Below are positions 1 to 15,425 of a stretch of 64,000 nucleotides of DNA, piece after piece (within the stretch, counting starts at the first letter, position 1; each line of letters begins with the position of its first letter). Source of the stretch: the human T2T-CHM13v2.0 reference genome, Homo sapiens; NCBI RefSeq assembly GCF_009914755.1, contig NC_060940.1; one strand, 5' to 3'. The position numbers and the translations under genes were made by a program. The notes beneath the pieces are model-generated. The model did no database searches. It was not told the DNA's origin and saw only the letters and a list, made by a program, of their open reading frames with translations.

Positions 1-993
1 GAAGCACAGGGAGGATGATCTACTTTGCCCAAAGTCACATAGTCAATACGTAGCAGAGTTGGTATGCCAATGCCGGCAGTCTAGAGGCAAGCGAGGAAAC
101 CGACGAAGGATGACTTGACTGGGAAAACAGGATGGGAGCCCAGTTTGGGAGTCCAGGAGGGGATATAGCCCAAGCCATACATTCCCAAAGGACTTCAAAG
201 GTAGACTTTTGCTGTCGTCTCCCGATGACATGGGGCACAAACTCAGAAACACAGACAGGACAAAGGCAGCTTGCAGGGCTGAACTGCCTGGGATGAAGCA
301 TCAACCGTGTGGGTGTGCGGATGTGTGAGTAATGAGTGTGAGGGAGTATGAGTGTGGACGGGAGTGGAAGTCACACCTAATCCAGAGGATTCCTATTCCT
401 CCTGAAACCCAAGCTTCCAGGAAAGCCCTTCCTGTGGCCTTCTCTCCCTAGTCCTCTTAGCGTCTGCCTGGGCTGCCCCCAGTACGGGGTTTATTACACT
501 CAATTGCTTACATCTGTTCACTTCAATTGCTTACGTCTGCTCACTTGTCAGTGCCCCAACCAGGTCCTCAGGGCTAGGAAGCAGGGGCTGGATCTATTTC
601 TTGCTCTCCCTAGCCCCCAGCTCACGACTTGGCATATGGAGGCATCCACAAACAGATGCCGAAGGATGGGAGTTTTTCCACACTCCCACGCCACCTCCAG
701 GTATTTGCTCATGCTGTCCCTTCCACCTGCATGTTTTTCTGCATTGATTCAGGCACTGGTCAGAGGTCACCTCCTCCAGGAAGCCATCCCTGACCCCAGG
801 GAACTGACTTATCTTTACTGTCACTTCTGGGGGTGGGTTGGTGGCTGTCTTGCTCACTTGGTTGTAAGGTCTCAGAGGGCAGGGATTGTGTCTGTTTCAT
901 GTCTTCAGGTCTGCGTCATCAGCGCTTGTCACAAGGTTAGACACACAGTAGGACCAAGACAGACCAAGTACATGAAAGAATGATTGACATATG

Positions 994-1288
994 GGCCAGG
1001 CGTGGTGGCTCACACCTGTAATCCCAGCACTTCGGGAGGCAGAGGCAGGCAGATCACCTGAGGTCAGGAGTTTGATACCAGCCTGGCCAACATAGTGAAA
1101 CCTCATGTCTACTAAAAATACAAAAATGAGCCGGACGTGGTGGTGCACGCTTGTAATTCCAGCTACTCAGGAGGCTGAGGCAGGAGAATTGCTTGAACTC
1201 AGGAAGTGGAGGTTGCAGTGAGCTGAGATCACCCACTGCACTCCAGCCTAGGCAATGGAATGAGACCCCATCTTCAAAAAAAAAAAAA
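994..1288 (+). mobile_element. Alu (AluS-like), full length
   Basis: Dimeric Alu with poly(A); TSD aaagaatgattgac. Confidence 0.95.
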
Positions 1289-1889
1289 GAATGATTGACG
1301 TGCAGTGGCCCCTGCCCTGGGAAGCCAACCCTCACCCTCCACCACAGCACTTGATCCCATTGGGCAGTCCTTGGCTTCCACCCTCAAACTGAGAGCTCCT
1401 TGAGGGCAGCAGGGGGTCAAATTACTCTCTGGGTTCTCAGCACTGCCCAGTGTGAGTCCAAATATCTCCCACCTCCCCTGTCTCCGCTCTTTCCTCACTC
1501 AGGGCTCCACAGCCATGCCGGCCTTCAGCAATTCCTCCTGCAGGCTGAGCTGGTTCCCACAGGGCCTTTGCACTAGCTCTTCCCTCTCCCTACACAAGTC
1601 TTCCCCCATAGGCTCTTCAGAGTCTCAGCTCAAATGGCCTCTACTCAAAAAGCCTCTTCCAGACCACCTGCCCCACTGGTCTAAGAGGTCCCTACTTTCT
1701 TCTTGGGCCCTCCTGACCTGAAATACTTTGTTGAGTGTTTTCCCCCCAGTCATCTGGCTGCATCCGGGTTCTTATGGTGTCCAGACGTTAATGGTCTATG
1801 GGGCCTGTGTTCGAATCCCAGCTCCACCCCTGCTCCTGCTTACCTGCAGAGTGATTCTGAGTTTCTTTCTTTTCTTTTTTAAAATTTTA

Positions 1890-2026
1890 TAAATGTCAAT
1901 TTTTGTAGATAGGGGTCTCGCTAACAGGGTTGCCCAGGCTGGTCTCGAACTATGGGGTTCAAGTGATCCTCCCGCCTCAGCTTCCCAAAGTGCTGGGATT
2001 ACAGGCATGAGCCACTTTGCCCAACC
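1890..2026 (-). mobile_element. Alu monomer (FLAM-like) within a MIR
   Basis: Antisense left-arm Alu; flanks have MIR motifs (gcctcagtttcct, tgtaaaa). Confidence 0.8.
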
Positions 2027-2718
2027 CATTTTGAATTTCTTAAGGACTCTGTGCCTCAGTTTCCTGATTTGTAAAACCGGTGATAGTATCACTCCCTTAT
2101 AGGGTAGTTGCCAGGATTGAACGAGTTAACATTTGCAGTGCCCGACAGATTGTACTAGTTACTGATTGAAGGGCTGTTTTACTATCCAAATGTGGCTGGA
2201 GTAGGAGTTGGGTAAACATTTATTGAAGAATGTGCAACCACTCTCACTTGGAAGCCGGGCTGTTAGGAAGGGGAGGAGGATTCCAGTCGCCCAGCCCTCC
2301 CCCCACAAACGCAACTGCCCCGGCGCAAAAGAGGCCGCGGAGGCCAGGCAGGAGCAGGTCCTGGAGGCCTGGTCGGCGTGGGCGTTTTATTCCGAGACCA
2401 AGGGGATCCACTGCAGAGTTCTCCGCTGGGCGTGACCTCGGGCTGCAGCGTGGGAGGAAGCGCGCGGCAAGACACCCAGCGAGGTGCTGGGGTCGCCCCC
2501 AGGAGAGGACGGCGGCTCGGACTGTCCGGCGGCGGCGGCGGGGACAGCGACAGGGGCGCGAGGTGGCCGGGACCCGGGCCGGGCGCGCCGGGCGGGGCGG
2601 CGCATGCAAATCTGCCGGGCGCCGGGGCGGGGAGCAGGAAGCCGGGGCGGGCTGGGTCTCCGCGCCCAGGAAAGCCCCGCGCGGCGCGGGCCAGGGAAGG
2701 GCCACCCAGGGGTCCCCC

Positions 2719-2765
2719 ACTTCCCGCTTGGGCGCCCGGACGGCGAATGGAGCAGGGGCGCGCAG
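2719..2765 (+). other. IL4R: IL4R exon 1 (5'UTR; 5' boundary approximate)
   Basis: Ends GCGCGCAG|gtagga (donor 2766); matches my recollection of the IL4R mRNA 5' end; contains an upstream ATG at 2747. Confidence 0.85.
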
Positions 2766-3165
2766 GTAGGATCCGGGGCCCGCGCGCGGATCGGGTTGCG
2801 AAGGTATCGCCCGGGCACGCCGGCTGAGGGCGTTCGGGAAGGGCTCGGCCGCCGGCGGGGACCACGGGGACCACCCCGACTCCGAGCGGGGCCCGAGCCC
2901 GCGACTCTCGGTGCGCGCGGAGCAGCGCCCGGTTCCGTCCTTGCCGCCGAACGGCAGCGGAGGCGCGAGGCCCGGGGTACGTGGACACCCAGCGCTCCCC
3001 AAAGCCGGTGCTGGCAGTGAGACCTCCGCCGGGACGGCCTGCGGGGGTGGGGGGCTTGGGGTTAGGCTGTCGGAGGCCACGCAGCCCCTCTTCTCCGGGC
3101 AGTGGCGCCCAGCCCTGCGCTCAGGAAGTCAGTGAGGACTTCGGAGAGAGAAAGGGTGGGGAAAG

Positions 3166-3174
3166 TTCTGAGAA
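3166..3174. promoter_or_regulatory. GAS/STAT5-type site TTCTGAGAA, intron 1
   Basis: TTC-N3-GAA; overlaps NF-kB-like GGGAAAGTTC at 3159-3168. Confidence 0.5.
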
Positions 3175-3589
3175 CTGTAAATTTGAGTAGTAGGTCAGTG
3201 AATCGGGGCGGTCTCCGCCTCCGAATATCAGATGGACCCAATAATCGCGATCATTGACTGGGACTTGTTTTACTGAAAGGATGCCAAGTGAAACCTCCCA
3301 CTAACTTCTCTGTGGCCGGTGCTGTGCGTCATGGACATTGTACAGATGAGGTCACCAAGACCCCAGCCGCTTTAGTAACTTGCCCTAAGGTGCCGCCCAC
3401 TTGGGAGTCCGTGGGGCAGCAGGACTAGAGCCCAGGCAATCCCACGCCAGAGCCAGCTGCTCTCCATCTCTCAATCACGTTTGAGGAGCCCCCACAATAA
3501 CCAGAATCTCCGGGAGATTTGCTTAAAATGCAGATTCCCAGGTCCTTGCCCTGAGATTCAGATTCAGTAAACCCAGGAATCTGATCTTT

Positions 3590-3715
3590 ATTTTATTTTT
3601 AAAAATTTATTTTATAAAGATGGTGTCTCACTATGTTGTCCAGGCTGGCCTCAAGTGATCCTCCCACCTCGGCCTCCCAAAATGCTGGGATTACAGGTGT
3701 GAGCCACTGAGCCCT
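3590..3715 (-). mobile_element. Alu monomer
   Basis: Antisense left-arm Alu sequence. Confidence 0.8.
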
Positions 3716-4036
3716 GATTTTTTTTTTAAACAAAATCTGGATTTCTTAGACTTAAGCAAGATAGGGGACCACTAGTTTGTCTGCTTCTGGGGTTCAAGGA
3801 ATGCCCCCAGGCCAGCGCTAACCCTGCTCCAGTTCTAGTCTCTCCCCTTCCCCAGCCCTCTGGGAGGCATGACCCACTGCACTTCCCTGCCCCCAGTAGC
3901 CTATGAGGAGCCCAAGGCATTTGCTGGGACCTCAGTGCCTTTATCAAAATCCCAAAGTCCAATGGGGAAACAGGCTCAGGTGTAGGTTTGGCCAGGGTGT
4001 CCTGCACATTAGGGCATTCCAGGGTCCTGCAGGGGT

Positions 4037-4045
4037 TTCTTAGAA
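4037..4045. promoter_or_regulatory. GAS/STAT5-type site TTCTTAGAA, intron 1
   Basis: Perfect TTCYNRGAA match. Confidence 0.5.
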
Positions 4046-4832
4046 CTCGGCTAGCCCAGCCCATGAATGGGAGGTGACCTGCTAAGCCACTCATTCACTC
4101 ACTAGCACTCATTCAGCTCCTGCGAGGCCCTGGGTGGTGTTCTGGGCACTGGTGCTTGCCTCAAGGAGCACCCCCTCTGCAGGAAGACAGACGTGAGGGC
4201 TGGGAGGGTGCGGATGCACCAGCGGCTGCAGGACCACAAGCCAGAGGGGATCAGCTCTTCAAAGGGCACTGGGCCAGGCTTCCCAGCACCCAGGGACCCT
4301 GAGCTAGCCTTGTGAGTAGAGCAGGGGAGTCTGGCAGGTAGAGGATGGGAGGTAAAGGGAGGCACAGAGTGGGCGGAGGCTGGGAAGTGTGAAAGGGCAC
4401 TGTGTACAGAACCTAGGGAGTAAGCAGAAGCCAGAGATGGATGGAAAGTTGGGCTGGGCTGCATTGTGGAAAGCCTTGAATGCCATGCCAAGGAACTTGG
4501 GCCAGTGTATTCACCTTGGCTTGAGTTGTAAAAGCAACAGTGCAGATTCCTGGGCCCCACCCTGGGCCTCTGGATCTGAATCTGGAGGGAGACGCTGGGG
4601 AGGCAGCAGGGAGGAAAACCTGCAGTCACTCACCCCAGTTACAACACATGCAGTTACCGGCAGGTCCGAGATAACCTAAGGGTTTCCAAATGCTAGGAAG
4701 TGACTCAATGACTGATATGTTTAATACAATACAATCCCGGTTGCAAAATGCCCAGGGCAAGGGTGGGGGTGTTCAGTTTTCTAATGCTCCCAGTTCAAAA
4801 AGGAGCTGAAATGAATTGTCAAAGAAGTGACA

Positions 4833-5135
4833 AGCTGGGCGCAGTGACTCACACCTGTAATCCCAGCACTTTGGGAGGCTGAGAGAGGATCGCTTGAACC
4901 CAGGAGTTTGAGACCAGCCTGGGCAACATAGTGAGATCCTGTTCCTACAAAAAAAATTTAAAAACTTAGCCAGGCGTGGTAGCAGGTGCCTCTAGCCCCA
5001 GCTATTTGGGAGGCTGAGGTGGGAGGATGGCTTGAGCCCAGGTGGTCAAGGCTGCAGTGAACTATGATTGTGCCACTGCACTGTAGCCTGGGTGACAGAG
5101 CGAGACTCTGTCTCAAAATAAACAAATACATAAAT
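4833..5135 (+). mobile_element. Alu (AluJ-like)
   Basis: Dimeric Alu with A-rich tail. Confidence 0.92.
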
Positions 5136-5651
5136 ACATGAGAAGAGAGAACCTTTTCTACCTCCCCCATCTCCCTGCCCTCTTCCACCCACCCCATCTG
5201 GGACGATGGAGGAGAGCGTTTGGGATTAGATGCCCCACCTCTCGACTGCCCTCACTGGTACCTGGGAGTGAGGCCAGGACAGAAGCCGCCTAAGTACTGT
5301 TCTTCCTCACATTTGTAAAAGTGAACTTTCTTGAGGGTTGATGACATGTTTTATAAGCTACTTCACACAATGTCCAACACCCAGTGGGTCCACAATCAAT
5401 GTATATGTCTGTTGTTACCTGTCAAAACGTATAGCTGGGGAGTGACAGTATGGACTTGAGCCAGATCACCCAGTGCAAATGCTGGCTTTGCTGCTTACTG
5501 TGTAACTGACTTCCCAGAGCCTCAGTTTCTGCATTTATGAGATTATAGTGACTATGCCATTGTAGTGATGACTAAATGAGTTAATATATGTCAAGCATAC
5601 AAAACAGTACCTGGTATGTAGTACAAACTATGTATTTGTTAAATGAATACC

Positions 5652-5950
5652 TTTTTTTTTTTTTTTTAGAGCCATGGTCTCTCTCTATTTCCCAGGCTGG
5701 AGCACAGTGGCACAATCATAGCTCACTGTAGCATCCAATACCTGGGTTCAAGTAATCCTTCCACCTCAGCCTCCTGAGTAGCTGGGACTACAGGTGTGTG
5801 CCACCACGGCTGGCTAATTGTTTTTATATTTTTAGAGACAGGATCTTGCTATGTTGCCTAGGCTAGTCTTGAACTGCTGGTCTCAAGCAGTCCTCCTGCC
5901 TCAGCCTCCTAAAGTGTTGGATTTATAGATGCGAGCAAACGTGCCTGGCC
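5652..5950 (-). mobile_element. Alu (AluJ-like)
   Basis: Poly(T) then antisense Alu; TSD taaatgaata. Confidence 0.92.
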
Positions 5951-8412
5951 TAAATGAATAAATCTTTACTGTTGCCTCCTTTGAGCTTTATTGGTTGGGA
6001 TTTAGTCCACTCATTTTGCAGGTGAGAACTGAGACCCGGAGATGAATGCAGTAGCCTTGCCTCAGGTCCACATCTGAGGGACAGACTCCATCCTACTTTT
6101 CTTCCCATGTATTCTTTCCTGCTTGTACCAGTTCACTGGGGTGACCAAGAAAGACATTTCTGAGTTTTCCTCCTGGCTGGCACAGTGGAGACATGCCCAG
6201 CCACGTTTAGCTAGACTTACCATGGCTGGGCTAGAAGAGAGGCCAGGAGCTTGTCTGGAGGTTGCACAGACCTGCCCTTGGTGAATGTGGATCGGAGCGC
6301 CCCGGCAGAGGCTTGAGGTGCTACAGAGGCTGGGGGATCCACTGTCAGACCGGGTGCATCACCACTGTTTTATGATATCCAGCAAATTGCTCTGCGTCTC
6401 TGAGCTTAAGGCAGAGAGAAGGGCCTGAGCTTGAAGAGGGGATCCCAGGTTTAAATCGGAGCTGGCTACTTCCCAGCTCTCCACTGTGTAATCTGGAGGA
6501 AGTTGTTTAACCTCTCTGAGCCTCCCTTTGTTTTGTCATGGGTATTTGCAGGGAGAGCATTCATGAGATAGTTTGTATAGACATTTTGCCCTTGGAAGGC
6601 GCTCAGTGATTGCTGTTTTTCTCTGCATTTTGGACCGAGTCCCTTCTGCGTATCCAGCACCTGGCTTCCTCCTGCATTTCTTCCTCAGGAATTTATTGAG
6701 CACCTATATGTGCCAGAGCATCGGACCAAGTCCTTTGCTCTCCTGGGGTTTAGATTCTAGTTGAGCATACAGGCAATGTACAACCAATACATATGTTCAG
6801 ATCGGCAGCTTTATCTGTTATTCTGAAATCCACGATTTCTGAAAACCGAAAGTTTTTCATAACTCATTTTGAAGCTAAACTTGAGGCTTTTTAGAGTCTT
6901 CATCCTCTTCGGTGTGATGCTCAGATGTCTTTCTGCAGAGATATTAGTGCAATTGATCTTTGGGTGCTTTCCCGCCCTGCATGATGGGCATGTCGGTGGG
7001 TATTTTATACAAGGTGACCTTTCTACAGCCTGAGTCATCCTGAATTCTGAACTATGTCTGGCCCCCAGGATTTTACAGGAGAGAACATGGACCTGCAATA
7101 TCCTATCAGGTGGAGACTGTGCTAGGAAGGAAAGCAAAGCTGGGTGCAAGTGGAATCAGGGAGGGCTTCCCTGAGGAGGTGACATTTGAGAGGGAAATGA
7201 GGAAGAGAGGGCCAGGTGGAGGGACTCACAGAGGACGGAAGACTCCACTTCCTGACTGGCCTGTGCTTACCCCTCATTCTGCATGCACAGTTCTGTCTAA
7301 ATGCGTCCGTTCTTGCCTTTCCAAGAAGTGCTGATGTCTCTTACGTTTCAAGTCTAGCTCTGACTGACTCATTCTCTCTTTAGGTGCCCCCACAGGCCTC
7401 CTCACCTCTTCTCGTTTGCTTAAGAAATCTGAGGTCTGCGCTAAAGCCAGCCTGGGTGCTGTAACCTCTCGGCCGAGGATGGTGCCCAGCTGGGCTTGCA
7501 TCTGGAGTTGGAGGAAGTGGGTCCCGGGAGGGGAAGAGGAGCCGTGGGGCCTTCCAAGGGTTTGGTGGAATTGAGTTCCTGGTGGGGAGGGGCTGTGTTC
7601 TGGGTCTTAGAGCCTCTCGCCTGCAAAGCAAAGTTGAACGTAACACGCGCTCACATATCTCGAGTGCCAGCCCGGGGCTAGGTGCTTAACGCTTGCTTAG
7701 CCAAAGTGCCAGGGGCTGGGGACACGGGAATGAGTGACCCAGAAATGAGGGCCCTCATGGAGCTGAAAGCATTCTGGGCTTGGTGACTTTGAGGAAGTGG
7801 CTTTTGAACTGAGACCTGAAATACCAAGGCATGTGGATATCTGGGGAAAGAGTGATCCTGGCAGTGGGAACAGAGAGTGCAAAGGCCCAGAGGCATGAAT
7901 GAGCTTGGTGTGTTTGACCCACAGCAAGGAAGCTGGTGTGGTTGGATGGAACCAAACAAGAAAGAGGTCTAGGAGCAGAGGTCAGGGAGGGAGCTGGGGC
8001 CAGATACCTGCATTGTCTCATTTAACTTGTGTAATAACCCTACCAGATAGGAGCTACTCTCATGCAAATGTTACAGATGAAGTAACAGAGGCACAGAGAG
8101 GTTCAGTGACTTGTCCAGGGTCACACACCTGAAGGTGGCAGAGCAGGGCTGTGAACCTAGAAGCTCCAGAGTCCTCAGTCCTCACCATGGTGTTTAAACA
8201 CAATAAAATCTATGCCTGAGTGCTGAAGACACACCTGCCATTTAGATCGATCCACTTTTTTACATTGTCGGTGTACTCCCTGCCATCCATCTGCCCAGAA
8301 ATACTGTGAATGTGGGCAGCGCAGGACTGGTTCCTCCAAGCCCCATTTTACAGACAGTCCAATCATTTTACATATTATTTTATGAATGAGCACCTTCCTC
8401 AGTGTCTCAGAC

Positions 8413-9140
8413 CAGGGGTCCCCACACAGCAGGGCCACACAGCAGGAGGTGAGTGGCAGGTGAGTGAGCGAAGTTTTATCTGTATTTACAGCTGCTCCCC
8501 ATCGCTCGCATTACCACCCAAGCTCGGCCACCTGTCAGGTCAGCTGAGGCATTAGATGATTCTCACAGGAGCACAAACCCTTTTGTGAACTGCACATGTG
8601 AGGGATCTGGGTTGCGTACTTTTTCTTTTTTTTTTAAGACGGAGTTTCGCTCTTGTCGCCCAGACTGGAGTGCAATGGTGCGATCTTGGCTCACTGCAAT
8701 CTCCACCTCCCCATGTTCAAGTGATTCTCCTGCCTCAGCCTGGTGGCTGGGATTACAGGCCTGTGCTATCACACCCAGCTAATTTTTGTATTTTTAGTAG
8801 AGACAGGGTTTCACTGTGTTGGCCAGGCTGGTGTCGAACTCCTGGCCTCAGGTGATCCACCTGCCTCAGTCTCCCAAAGTGCTGGGATTACAGGCATGAG
8901 CCACTGCACGCGGCCCTGGGTGCGTGCTTCTTATGAGACTCTAATGCCTGATGATCTGTCACTGTCTCCCATCGCCCTTGGATGGGACCATCTAATTGCA
9001 GGAAAATAAGCTCAGGGCTCCCACTGATTCTGCATTATGGTGAGTTGTATAATTATTTCATTATATGTTACCATATAATAATAATAGAAATAAAGTACGT
9101 AATACATGTAATGTGCTTGAATCATCCCGAAGCCATGGCC
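8413..9140 (+). mobile_element. MER1A (hAT-Charlie) interrupted by an antisense Alu at 8622-8915
   Basis: Starts caggggtcccca and has MER1A-type internal sequence (tctgtatttacagc, gctcagggctcccactgattc) on both sides of the Alu. Confidence 0.8.
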
Positions 9141-9523
9141 CCAACCACGGCCTCTGGCAGTGGAGGCTGGAGTCCACATCACGCTCTGTGCTGGGTGCAG
9201 GAATGGAGATGAGTGGGTGTCCTGCTCATTTCCCTGAGGAGGAACCTGAGGCTCAGGCTAGAGACTTACCTGGGTGACACGGCTCCTAAGTGGCAGAGTC
9301 CAGATTCAAACCCAGGGCTACGGACCCAGAAGCCTGTGCATTTAACCACGGTTCTGAGCTATCCAGCCCAAAGAGGAGAGTTTAAAAGGATTACATTTCT
9401 TGGTTGGAAATCAGTGAGCATAGTCGCCCAGAACCATTTTTGAAAAACTCAGAGAAGGCCTATGTTTTCCTGAAGCGGCCAGGGAAGTATTCTGCCTTTT
9501 TAAAAGGGAAGACTGAATTCTAG

Positions 9524-9993
<470 letters not shown>

Positions 9994-11049
9994 CAAATTA
10001 GCTTTCTAGGAGCTTCCACTTTCTGAGTCTGTTTCTGCCTCTTGGAGGTAGTGACCATCTCCCTCCAAACTCGGATACTTCTCTTATTCAGACTACACAA
10101 CTGTAGTTATTTCAGGTATTCTCCCTGACTCAGGAAATTATAAGTTTGGCCTGCCTTGGCACATGAGTCAACTGGTTGGAGTCCCACGCAAAGACTGTTT
10201 GTTTGGTCAAAGAGGAAGGAGACTATTACCTCCTTGGATCTAGAGCTTATACTTCTGTTGATGCAACCTGGAATCATACTGTGTAGCAGCCATATCCCAC
10301 TTGGAGTGCATATTGGGCTTGTCAGCTAAAATCTCCATGTTTCTCTTCTATATGAGCTGCTGTTAATCCAAGTTTCTTCTATTCTGAGAGTCCTTGTCTA
10401 AAGCTAAGAGGTTCCAGTTTTTCATGCTCTCTAATAAATCTACTTCAGGCTAACATGCTATCATTTTTTCTTTGAGTACTGCTTTGGTTTCTTTCCACAA
10501 CTTGTTACACAATGTTATTCACTGCCCAGTTTAGAATTTCCCTTTTGGTTCCCATTTTAAGACTTATTTAATTATATGCTTTTTAAATTTTTGAGACAGA
10601 TAGAATTTTTTAAGTTATCTTTTTATTGTTGATTTCTAAATTTGGTCATCATGGTTGTTGTGGTCAATATATGTGGTTCCTATAATATCAGTGGTAGAGA
10701 ATTTGCTGAGATCTTTATAGGATTTTCTGGTCATTTTTTTCCTCTTGTGTTTGAAAAGAATGTATATTTTCTGTTGGGTATAAGGTTCTAGAAATGTATC
10801 TATTTGATCAAGCTAGCTATTATATTATCTATATTTGTTATGTCACTATGTGGTTTTTTTTTTTTTTACCTGATTTACCTCCCACCGTAATACAATTACA
10901 ATTCACCATAATAGAGGCTTTGTTAAGTTCTCCTTTTGAGTCTGTCAGTTTTTTGCTTTATTTTTGAAGCTATGTTGTTAAGTGCATAGCCATATGAGTA
11001 GAATAAGGGTTCAGGATTTTTATACCTTTTTGGTGAATTGTTGCATTTT

Positions 11050-11480
<431 letters not shown>

Positions 11481-12388
11481 CATCCACCTTCTCTCTTCTA
11501 ATACTTACTCAAGACATCATTGTCATGAATTCTATTTTATTGATGTCAGTACTCCTGTACTAATAAGCCAGATGAGTTAAAAACAACAGCAGCCTTGCAA
11601 CCAGCCATGAAGCAAGTGATCTTATTCTCATTTCACAGATGAGGAGACTGAGGCTCTGAGTGGACTCCAGCCTGCCACGGTCTCCCACCGAGTCAGGTTG
11701 GAGCCTGCACTTAGGCCCAGAGTTATGCTTCTGTGTCTCAGATGCTTGGGGGTCCCTGCCCACAAAGGTGGCCCCCATGTCTGTGTGTCCCCACCCATCC
11801 AGGAATGGTATGGGGTGAGACAACAGGAAGAGCTCCATGGGTAGTCCCCACCCACTGCCTTCCATATGCCAGTCTGCAAGCAGAAAATGAACGGGAAGCT
11901 CTTACCTGTGCCCATGTGTTGTCCTGGCTTTGGGTTTGCCCAGGGGGCAAAGTCCTGGTCATTGTTGAGACAAGTTCACTGCTGCTGAGGGCCGAGCAAA
12001 TGGTGACAAAGGCCAGATTCTAAATTCCTACCTGGTTACTTCCTGCTCCGTCACCATCACCTCGGGCAAATTCTGAACCTCCCTCAGCCTCATTCCTCCA
12101 TCTGTGCTTGCAGGGAGAATATTTTACTGTATCTTCCATAGTGAGCTTTCCAGGAGAAGCAAAAAAGAGTGGTGTATAAAAAAGCAAGTTTATGACTGCT
12201 TCTGTGCCAGGCACTGTGCTGTGCACTCCAGAGCCAAAGGCCTGGGTTCAAATCCCAGCCCACTCACTAGCTGTGCATCCTTAGGCAGGTTCCTGACCCT
12301 CTCTGGGCCTCGGCTTCTCCATCTCTGCAATGGAGATGATATTAATTGTATCTGCAATGCTCCTTGGATTGGGTCCATGGTTAAGTGA

Positions 12389-12708
<320 letters not shown>

Positions 12709-13980
12709 CTTCAAGTGCTTTTTTTTGTTAGTGAGACTGGTACAACCAATGCCAAGGCTGGTGAGCAAAGTTGCACCCAGTTGGGGAGGGGCGAAACCAA
12801 GGGCAGAAGGGCCCAGGGCATGGCCTCTCATGGCTGAAGGAAGAGGGGACACGTGGCCAGTCACAGTGACCTCTGCAGACCTCAAGAAGGAGGCCAGCTA
12901 GGAGCCATAGCTGTCACTAAGACAGTCAAAATCTAATCAGCACCCTGGCGCCAAGAGGCCATTGTCCGCTGCTCAGGACAGTGAGTGATAGTCGATAACC
13001 AGCTCTCTGGAGGTCAGGGCCCCGAGGTGGGCTGAGATCTGTGCCTGCATTAGGACATTTAAGGGGACTCCAAGCCAGGATTTGCTAGTGTTTGCCCAGC
13101 AGGGAGAGGTGGAAAATTGGGGATGACCAACCAGGCCTCCCTGCTCACAGCCAGGGGAATTCATCCTGTCGTTCTTCCATTCAGCAAATATTCATGGAGC
13201 ACCTGCTGTGTGCCAGGCACCGTGCTAGGCTCTGGGGAGATGGCTGTGAGCGGGATCGACACTGGCCTTGTGTGAGCTGGCCTTGCAGTAGGGGATATGA
13301 GCACCAAACACATAAGGCCCGAGTGTGCAATATGCCACAAAGATTGCAGAGAAATAAAGCAAGATAACAGGTTGCAGAAAGATGGAGGCCAGGCTGGCTG
13401 CTGTTCCTGGGTAGGTGGCTTCTGGACACAGTTTCCTCAGGCTCTGTTTCCTCCTTTGGGCCTCTGGAATCTTCTGAAGACAGGCCTGGCTTCCAGGATC
13501 CCGGATGGAGTTGCCTGTTGACTGTGTGGACTCAAAGTGTCCACAGTGCGCCGGAGCGCGTGGTCTTCCCCAGCAAATCTGCTTCTCTTCTCGGCTCTCC
13601 ATCGTGGGAAGGGTCCCTGGGATCCTCCCCACCACCCCAGCCTGAGGCCACTTTCCCTCTGTCCCCGCTCTCCCCAGCCTGCTTTCCCCACCAAGCGCCA
13701 CCAAGTCCCTGCTGCCTCCTCCTCCCAAACAGGCTCAAACCTGCCCCCTCTTCGCCAGCTCTCAGCTCAGCCCGCTCCTCTCCTGCTTAAGAGCCTTCAC
13801 TGGCTCCCCACTGCCCTAGAGACAGAGTTTGAGTCTACTGCCATGGCTTGGCAGACGATGTTGTCCCTGGCCTGCCAACCTTCCAGCTGCCATCCCAGCC
13901 AGTCCTTCTCCCCCTTGCTCCAGCCAAGGGCCCCGCTTGTAGGGTGGGAAGTGGGCCGTGCCCTCCCTCCTGCCTGCCTA

Positions 13981-14339
<359 letters not shown>

Positions 14340-14996
14340 AACCTTCAGAATCATAAAATGGGTTTAATAATTATACTTATCTCATAGGGAGGGCTTAAAG
14401 CACCTAGGCCAGTGTCTGGCACCAAGGAAACACTGTATACCTGTTAAAATAAGAATAAAATAAAATACACATGCTCACTTATTGAGTGCCTGCTGTATGT
14501 CGGGCCCCTCCCCGAGAGAACTCTGGTGCATCCCCGATAAAGAAACCTGACCCTCTAGGATGAGGGAGGGTCTTCCCTGAGCGCCTGCTAACAGCCTCCT
14601 CTGCTAATCTGAAGTCCTGCAGCTTGCCCAGCAGGCTGGCTTGTCACACGGGCTACCCCCACAGGCCGCCATCTTGGAAAAGGCCAATGGCTGTGGAATC
14701 ATTCTTGACTCCTATTAGCCTTCCTGTTCTCTCTCCCGCCCCACAGCATCCATCCTGTCAGCAAATCCTGTGGGCTCTGTCTTCAACACAGATCTAGAAT
14801 TCAGCCCCTTCTCAACCTCCCCATCTCCGCAGCCTGGTGTGAGCCCTGGCACCTCTCTCTGGGGCCAGTGTGGTAGCCTCCTCACTGCTACCCACTTCTA
14901 CCCGTGCCCCCACCACCCAAGCAAGAGAGGTCTTTTTTAAAGTCTCATCATGTCACTTCTTTGCTCAAAACGCTCTGGCAACTTCTTCCTTGCTCA

Positions 14997-15425
<429 letters not shown>

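Larger units (their letters stand above)
2300..3250 (+). promoter_or_regulatory. IL4R: CpG-island promoter of IL4R with GC boxes, octamer, ETS and Inr-like element
   Basis: Very high GC and CpG density. GGGCGG boxes at 2590-2651, ATGCAAAT at 2604-2611, CAGGAAG near 2635-2641, Inr-like CCACTTC at 2717-2723; no TATA box seen. Confidence 0.93.

Noticed and set aside
305-370. GT-rich stretch as Z-DNA or a microsatellite
   Set aside because: Too interrupted; low-complexity only.
2208-3190. Long overlapping ORFs on both strands (up to 278 aa) over the promoter
   Set aside because: Expected stop-codon depletion in a GC-rich CpG island; low-complexity Pro/Arg/Gly/Ala translations with no recognisable domain.
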